Source: an uncultured Rikenellaceae bacterium (GTDB lineage Bacteria > Bacteroidota > Bacteroidia > Bacteroidales > VadinHA17). From it: a stretch of DNA of 64,000 bases. Shown in pieces: positions 9,102 to 18,018 of the stretch (positions are counted from its first letter, which is position 1; each line of letters starts with the position of its first letter). Where the stretch lies: assembly GCA_964633505.1 (NCBI GenBank), contig CAZWHC010000003.1, positions 317,613 to 381,612 of the forward strand. Reading direction: 5' to 3'. The notes beneath the pieces were generated by a model that had not been told where the DNA came from, searched no databases, and saw only the letters and a list, made by a program, of their open reading frames with translations. Both the position numbers and the translations under genes were made by a program.

Positions 9102-11294
9102 ATGAAATTCAATCATCTTTACCAAAAAACTATCTGCGTAATCGCTTTTGCGCTTATATCAATTTCCACCGTATTTTCCCAGTCGATCGAAGGCGACTGG
9201 TACGGAAAGGCCGACATCGACGGCATCATCTTAAGACTGACGGTACATGTAAAAGCATCGGGGGGCGGATACACCTCTACCTGGGACAGTCCCGACCAGA
9301 ATGCATTCGGGATTCCGTCAACGACCACGGCATTCGTTTTCCCTGATTTCTCTTTTACACACACCGGAACAGGTATAAAGTACCATGGGATTGTAAATGA
9401 TTCATATTCACAGATAAACGGATTTCTTGAACAGGGCGACAATAAGATGGAAATAATCTTCGGCAGGAACAAAATCGAAGCCGCGTCAAACAGTCAGGAA
9501 GCCCTGATGGATAAATATGAAAAGAAAGAAGTCTATATCACAATGCGCGATGGTGTTAAATTGTTCACCTCAATATATTCACCAAAGAATAATAATGTTC
9601 AGCATCCAATTCTGCTGAACCGGACACCGTACAACATTGAGCCGGGAGGGCAGGATAATTTCAATTTCTTCATGCAGCTTTACAGCAGGTATACTGATGA
9701 AGAGTACATTATGGTGTTCCAGGATGTAAGGGGAAGATACATGAGCGAAGGAAAATTTGAGGACATCAGACCCGTTATCCCCGTTAAAAAAGGGAATAAG
9801 GATATTGATGAGACCACAGATACATGGGATACAGTCGACTGGCTTGTAAAAAATGTAAGCAACAATAACGGAAGAGTAGGTATTTTCGGGATCTCCTATC
9901 CCGGTTTTTATTCCACGATGGGAATAATAAATGCCCATCCGGCGGTCAAGGCAGTTTCGCCCCAGGCACCGGTTACCGCATGGTTCATTGGCGATGACTT
10001 TCACCATAACGGAGCATTTTTCCTTCAGGACTGCTTCAATTTCTACTACAGCAACGGGAGGCAGTTCAAGACACCCACACGGAGAGGTCATCCCGGTTTT
10101 GTATATCCCGAACCCGATAATTATAATTTCTTCCTTTCGCTTGGTCCCATAAGGAACATTGCACCGCTTTACCTTGGCGACAGCATCAAATTCTGGAACG
10201 ACGCATTTGCCCACCCCGATTATGACAGCTTCTGGAAAGCAAGGGATCCGCGGCAGTACCTTAAAAATGTGACTCCTGCAGTTATGACTGTCGGCGGATG
10301 GTTCGATGCCGAAGACCTTTATGGCGCTCTAAATACCTACAAGGCTATTGAAACACAGAATCCTCCGGCAACTCACAACTTCCTTGTTATGGGACCATGG
10401 TCGCACGGCCAATGGGCATTCGGTTCGGGAAAAAGCCTTGGAAACGTTTACTGGGGGCTGGATGCAAATGAAAGATATATCCGCCTCGAAAAGGATTTCT
10501 TCAATTATTACCTTAAGGAAAAAGGGCAATCGGCGCCTGCTGAAGCCACAATTTTTGTCACAGGATCGAATAAATGGAAGGATTTCACCGAATGGCCGCC
10601 AAAGAACGTCACAACAAAGAACCTGTATTTCCACTCATCTGAAAAGGCCTCATTCAGCTCTCCGTCAGGAAAAGCTGAGTACGATGAATACTGTTCCGAT
10701 CCGATGAATCCCGTGCCATATACAGAAGATGTTCATATAAACCGGACCGAAGCATATATGACCGATGACCAGAGGTTTGCCTCACGCAGGCCTGATGTAA
10801 TGGTTTACCAGACTGATGTTCTCACGGAAGATTTAACTGTGACCGGACCTGTCGTTGCTGATCTTTTCGTATCGACAACAGGAACCGATGCCGATTACGT
10901 AGTTAAGATCATCGATGTCTTCCCGTCCGATTTCAATTATGAAGATGAGGATACCAAATATCCGATGGGCGGATACCAGATGCTTGTCAGGGGAGAGGTA
11001 TTCAGGGGAAAATACCGTAACAGCTTTGAGAAGCCCGAAGCCTTTGTTCCGGGAAAAATCACCGAGGTAAAATACCAGATACCAGATGTCGCACATACAT
11101 TCAAAAAGGGACACAGGATTATGGTGCAGGTCCAGAATTCATGGTTCCCCCTTGCTGACAGGAATCCGCAGAAATTCGTGAATATTTATAAATGCAGCGA
11201 GGAGGATTTCCAGAAGGCAACACAAAGGATTTACCGTGATGCAGCGAATGCATCGCACATAACTTTAAGCATTCTGGATGCCGGGGACAAATAA
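9102..11294 (+). CDS. CocE/NonD-family serine hydrolase (S15 Xaa-Pro dipeptidyl-peptidase-like), secreted
   Basis: 730 aa with a signal peptide. Nucleophile elbow 'GISYPGFY' and the 'LNRTPY' N-terminal motif are present, and the C-terminal beta-sandwich ends 'HRIMVQVQNSWFP'. Confidence 0.8.
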   Translation: MKFNHLYQKTICVIAFALISISTVFSQSIEGDWYGKADIDGIILRLTVHVKASGGGYTSTWDSPDQNAFGIPSTTTAFVFPDFSFTHTGTGIKYHGIVNDSYSQINGFLEQGDNKMEIIFGRNKIEAASNSQEALMDKYEKKEVYITMRDGVKLFTSIYSPKNNNVQHPILLNRTPYNIEPGGQDNFNFFMQLYSRYTDEEYIMVFQDVRGRYMSEGKFEDIRPVIPVKKGNKDIDETTDTWDTVDWLVKNVSNNNGRVGIFGISYPGFYSTMGIINAHPAVKAVSPQAPVTAWFIGDDFHHNGAFFLQDCFNFYYSNGRQFKTPTRRGHPGFVYPEPDNYNFFLSLGPIRNIAPLYLGDSIKFWNDAFAHPDYDSFWKARDPRQYLKNVTPAVMTVGGWFDAEDLYGALNTYKAIETQNPPATHNFLVMGPWSHGQWAFGSGKSLGNVYWGLDANERYIRLEKDFFNYYLKEKGQSAPAEATIFVTGSNKWKDFTEWPPKNVTTKNLYFHSSEKASFSSPSGKAEYDEYCSDPMNPVPYTEDVHINRTEAYMTDDQRFASRRPDVMVYQTDVLTEDLTVTGPVVADLFVSTTGTDADYVVKIIDVFPSDFNYEDEDTKYPMGGYQMLVRGEVFRGKYRNSFEKPEAFVPGKITEVKYQIPDVAHTFKKGHRIMVQVQNSWFPLADRNPQKFVNIYKCSEEDFQKATQRIYRDAANASHITLSILDAGDK

Positions 11295-11324
11295 TATGGT
11301 CTTTTACATGTTATTTCCTCTCTG

Positions 11325-11690
11325 TTTCACCCCCTTTCTTACAGAAGGCCGGGAAGGGGGTAAAATTCAGACCATTAGATTTTTAGTCCGTTTTTAACCT
11401 CTGGTTTTTACCCCCTTTCTTATTTCCCCCACGGGGGAAAGGATGGGTCATTTGGTGGTTTCAAGGATGTGTTTGTAACTCTGAAAATTCTTGAAAGTTT
11501 TAGCCAATATCTTATTTGACTACTGGAAAAGGGATGGCTCCAAACTTGGAGAATATTTGTAACTGAGATAAATTTGAATTCGAAGCCGCTCCTTCCCCTC
11601 TGGGGGAAGGCCGGGAAGGGGGTAAAAACCTGTGGGGGAAAGCCTGCCCCGTTGCAGCGGAGGCCGGGAAGGGGGTAAAAACTTGTCCCA
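11325..11690. repeat. cluster of G/C-tract hairpin repeat units (GGCCGGGAAGGGGGTAAAA x3; ACCCCCTTTCTTA x2; CCTTCCCC/GGGGAAGG and TTTCCCCC/GGGGGAAA hairpins)
   Basis: Read directly in the 480-bp intergenic gap. GGCCGGGAAGGGGGTAAAA occurs at 11347-11365, 11609-11627 and 11662-11680. Hairpins are at 11329-11361, 11423-11440 and 11591-11610. Confidence 0.8.
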
Positions 11691-11776
11691 GAGAATAAAT
11701 ATCATTTTCTGCAAAACCGAACATTAAATTTCTTTATTTTGTTTAATCATCAGGACAATATTCAATTTACAACATA

Positions 11777-12688
11777 ATGGCAAAAAGAAACATATCGCGC
11801 CGACAGTTTGTGGCCACAGTGGCTGCCGGAGCAGGAACTGTTATGCTGGGAAAAACAGCTTTTGCAGAAACTGCCGCATCAGTGCCTGCATCATACGACC
11901 CTTTCTCGACGGTGACACTCGGAAAGACAGGGATAAAAACCACTTTACTCGGAATGGGTACAGGTTACAGCGGATATAACCGTTCCTCTAACATAACCAG
12001 GGCCGGCGTTGCTGAATCTCTCATAAAAACAGCTTATGAAAAAGGGATCCGATACTTTGATTGTGCCGACAGTTATGGAACTCATCCGTTCACCTTAGCT
12101 GCCCTCAGCGGTATCCCCAGGGAAAACTACGTTCTCGGAACAAAAATGTGGATCACCCAGGGAGGCATTCCCGAAAACGAAAAAGGATTCCCTGAAGTTG
12201 TCATTGACAGGTTCCGCCGTGAACTGAACACAGATTATCTCGATCTGGTACAGCTGCACTGCATGACCGAGGGAGACTGGACAGAGAAGTACAAAAGACA
12301 TATGGATGAGCTCGAAAACCTCAAGGCAAAAAAAGTGATAAGGGCACATGGTGTTTCCGTACATTCCTTCGAAGCTCTCGAAGCTGCGGCAGCATCACCA
12401 TGGGTTGATGTCATACATGTAAGGATCAATCCGTTCGGGGAAAATATGGATAAGAAGGATGCATCGCTTGTTGTCCCTGTGATCGAAAAATTCCATAAGG
12501 CCGGGAAAGGTGTAATCGGGATGAAACTCATCGGCGGCGGACGACTGAAGGATGATCCTTCCAAAATTGATGAGTCGCTCAGGTTCGTACTTGGTCTGGG
12601 AACAGTCGATATGCTTATTATCGGTTTCGAAAAGCCTGAGCATATCGATGATTATATACGCCGCATCAGGGGAGTTCAGCATGCCTGA
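11777..12688 (+). CDS. aldo/keto reductase with twin-arginine (Tat) signal
   Basis: 303 aa. Tat motif is 'ISRRQFVATVAAGAG'. AKR core is 'TLGKTGIKTTLLGMGTG...GIRYFDCADSYG...LDLVQLH'. Confidence 0.8.
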   Translation: MAKRNISRRQFVATVAAGAGTVMLGKTAFAETAASVPASYDPFSTVTLGKTGIKTTLLGMGTGYSGYNRSSNITRAGVAESLIKTAYEKGIRYFDCADSYGTHPFTLAALSGIPRENYVLGTKMWITQGGIPENEKGFPEVVIDRFRRELNTDYLDLVQLHCMTEGDWTEKYKRHMDELENLKAKKVIRAHGVSVHSFEALEAAAASPWVDVIHVRINPFGENMDKKDASLVVPVIEKFHKAGKGVIGMKLIGGGRLKDDPSKIDESLRFVLGLGTVDMLIIGFEKPEHIDDYIRRIRGVQHA

Positions 12689-12745
12689 TATTAAGGCTTA
12701 GCCCAACAGCAATACAATGGTAAACGTTCAGACAATAACTGTATC

Positions 12746-13651
12746 ATGACCGGAAAATTAAAATTGCTTTCAATTATCCTGTTTGCCCTTCTGCCTGTAA
12801 CATGTTTCACCCAGGAAGGTGATCTTTCGTCAATCCTTGAAGAGGGAAGCAAACTTGAAAAGCTTGCCGGAGATTTCAGTTTTACCGAAGGACCGGCGGC
12901 CGATAAGGCAGGAAATGTCTATTTCACCGATCAGCCTAACGACAGGATAATGGTTTGGTCGGTCGACAGCAAACTTTCGACATTCATGCAGCCATCAGGA
13001 CGGTCGAACGGGCTGTTTTTTGACAAGGAAGGTAATCTGTGGTCGTGCGCCGACGAAAATAATGAACTCTGGATAATAAGTCCCGGAAAAGACATTCATA
13101 AATTGATCAGCACCTATGAAGGAAAGCTTTTCAACGGCCCCAACGACCTGTGGGTCGCTCCCGACGGTTCTGCCTTTTTCACTGACCCATTCTACCGGAG
13201 ATCATGGTGGAACCATACTGAAAAGCCTCAGGAAAAGCAATGCGTATATTATCTTGCTCCCGACCATAAAACCGTAAAGCTGATCGCCGGCGACCTGAAA
13301 CAGCCCAACGGTATTATTGGCACTCCCGACGGCAAAACTTTGTATGTTGCAGATATTGGAGACAACAAGACATGGGTTTACCGGATCAACACCGACGGAA
13401 CCCTTTCAGAGAAAAAGCTCTTTTGCGAGCTGGGCTCTGACGGAATGACGATCGATAAAAAGGGAAATATTTATATTACAGGAAAGGGCGTAACGGTTTT
13501 CGACAAAACCGGAAAGAGACTGGGTAATATTTCTGTTTCTGAAAACTGGACAGCCAATGTTTGCTTCGGAGGAAGTGACAGAAAGGAACTTTTTATTACG
13601 GCAAGCAAAGGATTATACAGGATAAGAACCAGAGTAAAGGGCGTTTACTGA
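12746..13651 (+). CDS. SMP-30/gluconolactonase/LRE-family beta-propeller protein, secreted
   Basis: 301 aa with a signal peptide. Has 'FTEGPAADKAGNVYFTD', 'PNDLWVAPDGSAFFTD', 'PNGIIGTPDGKTLYVAD' and 'DGMTIDKKGNIYI'. Confidence 0.8.
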   Translation: MTGKLKLLSIILFALLPVTCFTQEGDLSSILEEGSKLEKLAGDFSFTEGPAADKAGNVYFTDQPNDRIMVWSVDSKLSTFMQPSGRSNGLFFDKEGNLWSCADENNELWIISPGKDIHKLISTYEGKLFNGPNDLWVAPDGSAFFTDPFYRRSWWNHTEKPQEKQCVYYLAPDHKTVKLIAGDLKQPNGIIGTPDGKTLYVADIGDNKTWVYRINTDGTLSEKKLFCELGSDGMTIDKKGNIYITGKGVTVFDKTGKRLGNISVSENWTANVCFGGSDRKELFITASKGLYRIRTRVKGVY

Positions 13652-13782
13652 AATCTTCGCCGGTTTCGGGAATAATCTTTTTTACTGCTTTTATTTTATT
13701 CGTGAAATAAAAATATCTATTATTGTAGCCTGATTTAGAATTTGCGTTAGAGGAATTACCATTAAATTTATTCAATAAGGTT

Positions 13783-13986
13783 GTGATGGAAGGAACAAGA
13801 AGAGCTGATATAAAGCCCGGAATTGATGTAATGGTTGAACTTGTTGAGGACAAGCATACCGGCAGGCTTACAGGAGGAAAGGTTAAGGAAATAGTTACAA
13901 CTGCCCCTAACCATCCTCACGGGATCAAGGTTATACTTGAAAACGGATTGGTCGGACGTATCAAAAGAATTATCCAGTCGAATTGA
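13783..13986 (+). CDS. YwbE-family small protein (DUF2196)
   Basis: 67 aa. 'VELVEDKHTGRLTGGKVKEI.T....HPHGIKV.LENGLVGR' matches my recollection of the YwbE family. Confidence 0.65.
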   Translation: MMEGTRRADIKPGIDVMVELVEDKHTGRLTGGKVKEIVTTAPNHPHGIKVILENGLVGRIKRIIQSN

Positions 13987-14054
13987 ATTATAACGGCCTG
14001 CATCTTGCAGGTTCTTCATAATCGGACTGAATTTCTAACTAAAATCCAAAGATC

Positions 14055-15380
14055 ATGAAATATGAGGATTTTGTTATTTCTGCTTTAGGAAAAGGAAGTG
14101 TTGTTTCTCCTCTGAGAACACCTCAGCGGGAAGACAGCCCCGTTTACAAGTTCGTCGGTGAAAACGAGCGGATCCTTTATGAAATCGCGCTTGATGACTT
14201 TCTCAGATATAAGGAAAGCGGAGAGACACCCATCTCGTTCGAAAAGGCAGGGCCAAAAGAGACTATCTTTTTTGAACCTGCAAAAACCAAGGTCGCAATA
14301 GTGACCTGCGGCGGTTTGTGTCCGGGTTTCAACAACGTGATCAGGGCTCTTGTCAACCAGCTGGTTTACAGATACGGAGTAACCCGTATCCTTGGCATAC
14401 AGTACGGCTATGAGGGACTTATCCCCAAATACAATCACGCAGTCGTGGAACTCACGGCTCCGATGGTGAGCGACATTTACCAGTCGGGGGGCACATTCCT
14501 CGGAACGTCGAGGGGAAACCAGGATGTTGAACAAATGGTTGACACGCTGGAGATACTTAATATCAATGTCCTTTTCTGCATAGGCGGAGACGGTACGCTA
14601 CGAGGTGCGCATGCAATTTTCAAGGAAATCGAAAAACGCAGGCTGAAAATCGCCGTTGCAGGCATTCCGAAAACCATTGACAATGATATTGACCTCATTC
14701 AGAAATCATTCGGATTCGAAACAGCTTTTTCAATAGCCAACGATATAATCAGAAATGCCCATAATGAAGCTCACGGGGCATATAACGGCATAGCCCTGGT
14801 CAAGCTTATGGGCCGCGATTCGGGATTCATTGCCGCCAGCGCCGCCCTTGCAATACAGGAGGTCAATTTCGTACTTATCCCTGAAGTTCCTTTCGACCTT
14901 TACGGACCGCGCGGCTTCCTTAAGATACTAAGGAAACGGCTCGAGGAAAGGCATCATGCGGTGATTGTGGTTGCCGAAGGCGCCGGCCAGGAATTCTTTG
15001 AGAATGAAGAGGCGGAAAAGGATGCTTCCGGAAATATAAAACACAAGGACATAGGTATATTCTTAAAGGAAAAGATAAAAGAGGAATTTGATGCAAAAGG
15101 ATTCCCGCATTCAATAAAGTATATCGACCCGAGCTATATAATAAGAAGCGCACCGGCCAATGCCAACGACAGTAAATTCAGCAACCTGCTGGCCCAGAAT
15201 GCCGTTCATGCGGCTATGGCCGGAAAAACCGACTTTGTAGTGGGATACTGGAACTATGAGTTCACACTGATACCCATTCCGATGGCGGTGGCAAAAAGGA
15301 AGAAGATCGATGTCGAAGGTGAACTGTGGTGGAATGTGCTTGAGGCAACAGGACAGCCTATAAGCATGAAAAACCACTGA
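14055..15380 (+). CDS. 6-phosphofructokinase (long, ~48-kDa clade)
   Basis: 441 aa. Has 'TCGGLCPGFNNVIRA', 'IGGDGTLRGA', 'IPKTIDNDI' and 'MGRDSGFIA'. Confidence 0.9.
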   Translation: MKYEDFVISALGKGSVVSPLRTPQREDSPVYKFVGENERILYEIALDDFLRYKESGETPISFEKAGPKETIFFEPAKTKVAIVTCGGLCPGFNNVIRALVNQLVYRYGVTRILGIQYGYEGLIPKYNHAVVELTAPMVSDIYQSGGTFLGTSRGNQDVEQMVDTLEILNINVLFCIGGDGTLRGAHAIFKEIEKRRLKIAVAGIPKTIDNDIDLIQKSFGFETAFSIANDIIRNAHNEAHGAYNGIALVKLMGRDSGFIAASAALAIQEVNFVLIPEVPFDLYGPRGFLKILRKRLEERHHAVIVVAEGAGQEFFENEEAEKDASGNIKHKDIGIFLKEKIKEEFDAKGFPHSIKYIDPSYIIRSAPANANDSKFSNLLAQNAVHAAMAGKTDFVVGYWNYEFTLIPIPMAVAKRKKIDVEGELWWNVLEATGQPISMKNH

Positions 15381-15381
15381 T

Positions 15382-15996
15382 ATGGTCAGGAATATCGTTT
15401 TCGACTTAGGCAATGTACTTATCAGTTTCATCCCTTCCGAATACCTGAAGAAGAAGAATTATCCTGCAAACATCAGGAATACTATAATACACGACATTTT
15501 CCAGAGTGAGGAATGGAAGAAACTCGACAACGGGGATATAACCGTCGGGGAAGCCATTGATTCAATTGCTCCCAGATCGGCCCTAAAACGCGAGGAAATA
15601 GCCCTTATTTTCAATTTAAGGGTCGATATAATGTTTCCCCTTGACGATAATGTCAGGCTCCTTCCTGCGTTAAAAAAACAGGGTTTCAGGATATATTACC
15701 TTTCCAACTTCCATATGGATATCTTTGAGATAGTAAGCCACGATTATTATTTTTTCAGATATTTCGACGGAGGTATCGTTTCAGCCGATGTCAAACTTTC
15801 AAAACCGGATGAGAGAATTTACAGGCTTCTTATGGAAAAATATTCACTGAAGCCTGAAGAATCACTCTACATTGACGACATTGAGGAAAATGTTGAGGCA
15901 GCTGAGAAAGTTGGCATGAATAGTCTGCTTACTTTCGGATCTCCGAAATTCGTTGCTGACCTGGAAAAAAAGCTTGACATTAAAATCGACCTCTAA
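15382..15996 (+). CDS. HAD-superfamily hydrolase
   Basis: 204 aa. Motif I is 'IVFDLGNVL'. Motif IV region is 'LYIDDIEENVEAAEKVGM'. It starts 1 nt after the pfk stop. Confidence 0.75.
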   Translation: MVRNIVFDLGNVLISFIPSEYLKKKNYPANIRNTIIHDIFQSEEWKKLDNGDITVGEAIDSIAPRSALKREEIALIFNLRVDIMFPLDDNVRLLPALKKQGFRIYYLSNFHMDIFEIVSHDYYFFRYFDGGIVSADVKLSKPDERIYRLLMEKYSLKPEESLYIDDIEENVEAAEKVGMNSLLTFGSPKFVADLEKKLDIKIDL

Positions 15997-16187
15997 AAAT
16001 ATCTTTGCATGCTTCAGGACCTGTCCCGGGAAATTGTCAGAATTTAGCACCGGGCAGAAGTTTAAATTCACGGGATTCTCTCCGTAAACCTCCAAATATT
16101 TAATTCTCGACGCGTTAATTGTTAACAAAATAACATTTAACATGATGTATATCAATAAATTAAAGTCGGTTATTCCAGCCAGGCTTT

Positions 16188-17996
16188 TCAGGCTGTCGGG
16201 GGCTGATTTTTGAAATATTCTGCCAGAATTGAAGCCTTGCTCCTGCCAACAAGCATTTCGAGGTCGCCAGGGGGAGTGTTTCTGATTTTATCGATGGAAT
16301 CAAAATTCTTAAGGAGGATCTCCTTTGTCCTGGGTCCTATTCCCTTTAAACTGTCGAGTTCCGATTTTATCATTCCCGACGAACGTTTGTTCCGGTGGAA
16401 ATTTATTCCAAATCTGTGGGCCTCATCCCGGAGCTGCCTGATAAGCTTCAGGCTGTAGGAGTTTTTGTCGAGGTAGATCGGAACAGAATCACCGGGAAAA
16501 TATATCTCTTCAAGTTTCTTGGCAATACCAATCACAGTTATCTTTTCCCGGAGCTTCAGTGCGTCAAGGCTTTTCATTGCCGATGAAAGCTGTCCCTTGC
16601 CGCCGTCGATTACAACAAGCTGCGGAAGCTGCCTGCCCTCATCAATCATCCTTTTGTAACGCCTGAAAATTACCTCTTCCATTGATGAGAAATCGTCAGG
16701 GCCTGTAACTGTCTTTATGTTGAAATGCCTGTAATCCTTTTTGCTCGGCCTGCCGTTACGAAAAACAACGCATGCTGCCACAGGGTTGGTTCCCATTATG
16801 TTCGAGTTGTCGAAACACTCAATATGTACAGGAAGTGAAGGCATGTGAAGGTCATTCCTCACCTTTTCCAGGTTCCTGCCTGTCCTTGCTTCCGGTTTGT
16901 GCTCCAGAAGCTTCTTTTTCTGTTCGAGTTTATAGTAAATTGCATTTCTTTCCGCCAGCTGAAGAAGCTTGAGCTTCTCCCCTATTTTCGGGATGGTATA
17001 ACGGACCCTGTCGAGCTGAATATCAGGTTTAAAGGGGACTATTATCTCGGGAGAATCGCTTGAATATCTTTGTCTTATCTCGGTGATTGCAAATCCCAGC
17101 AGCGATTCCCTGTCTTCATCGAGCTTCGACCTCATTTCAAGAGTAAATGCCTGTACAACAGCTCCTTCAACCACTTTCAGGTAATTGATGTAACACTTTT
17201 CATCCTCATTTGTAAATGCAAACACATCAACATTCCTTATGCTGTTACTTACTATTGCCGAATGGCTTCTGAACCTGTTGAGTATTTCAATTTTATCCTT
17301 TAGCATCTGGGCTTCCTCAAACTTCAGGCGTGCCGAATATTCTGCCATCTTCTCCTTCAGCCTTCCTGTTACGGCCAGGATATTGCCTTTAAGGATGTCT
17401 CTTATCTGGACAATTGATTCGTCATAGTCATCCTCATCCTGGAGTCCGATGCATGGCGCCTTGCAGTTACCAATATGGTATTCGAGACACGCTCTGAACT
17501 TATGAGCCGAGATATTTTCCTGAGTCAGGCTATAGTTGCATGTCCTCAGTTTGTAGAGCTGCCTTATCAATGTAAGAAGGGTTTTCACCATCAGTCCCGA
17601 AGTATAGGGACCAAAATATAAGGAACCATCCCTTATCACATTCCGTGTGCTGAATACCCTGGGGAAAGGTTCTTTTTTGACACATATCCAGGGGAAGGTC
17701 TTATCGTCCTTTAACAAGATGTTATACCGGGGCTGGTGTTTCTTTATAAGGTTATTTTCGAGAAGCAGGGCATCTGATTCGCAGTCAACCACAATATGCC
17801 TTAAACTTGCAGCTTTTCTGAGCATCACAGTTGTTTTCCCCGACTGGTTTTTTGCAAAATACGAAGAGACACGTTTACGCAGATTCTTTGCTTTTCCGAT
17901 GTAAATTATCTTTCCGCCGGAGTCAATGAACTGGTATACCCCGGGTTTATCCGGCAGTAAATCGATAACTTTCCTGTGATCGTCAATCAGTGTCAT
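16188..17996 (-). CDS. uvrC: excinuclease ABC subunit C
   Basis: 602 aa. GIY-YIG N-terminus is 'GVYQFID..GKIIYIGKAKNLRKRVSSYF'. A UVR domain and a C-terminal (HhH)2 'LDSLKGIGPRTKEILL' are present. Confidence 0.95.
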   Translation of the reverse strand: MTLIDDHRKVIDLLPDKPGVYQFIDSGGKIIYIGKAKNLRKRVSSYFAKNQSGKTTVMLRKAASLRHIVVDCESDALLLENNLIKKHQPRYNILLKDDKTFPWICVKKEPFPRVFSTRNVIRDGSLYFGPYTSGLMVKTLLTLIRQLYKLRTCNYSLTQENISAHKFRACLEYHIGNCKAPCIGLQDEDDYDESIVQIRDILKGNILAVTGRLKEKMAEYSARLKFEEAQMLKDKIEILNRFRSHSAIVSNSIRNVDVFAFTNEDEKCYINYLKVVEGAVVQAFTLEMRSKLDEDRESLLGFAITEIRQRYSSDSPEIIVPFKPDIQLDRVRYTIPKIGEKLKLLQLAERNAIYYKLEQKKKLLEHKPEARTGRNLEKVRNDLHMPSLPVHIECFDNSNIMGTNPVAACVVFRNGRPSKKDYRHFNIKTVTGPDDFSSMEEVIFRRYKRMIDEGRQLPQLVVIDGGKGQLSSAMKSLDALKLREKITVIGIAKKLEEIYFPGDSVPIYLDKNSYSLKLIRQLRDEAHRFGINFHRNKRSSGMIKSELDSLKGIGPRTKEILLKNFDSIDKIRNTPPGDLEMLVGRSKASILAEYFKNQPPTA

Positions 17997-18018
17997 TTAT
18001 CGGATCAAGTTACAAATA

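Noticed and set aside
8250-9125. 291-aa minus-strand ORF
   Set aside because: It lies antisense to the end of GH38, the whole thioesterase gene and the start of the CocE/NonD gene, all of which have clear family motifs. Its translation has no recognisable motif and an odd composition.
9579-10214. 211-aa minus-strand ORF
   Set aside because: It is antisense within the CocE/NonD hydrolase gene, whose frame carries the catalytic GxSYxG motif.
11512-11724. 70-aa and 64-aa minus-strand ORFs in the 11.3-11.7 kb gap
   Set aside because: They are composed almost entirely of the G/C-tract repeat units (Pro/Gly/Ser-rich translation). There is no start context.
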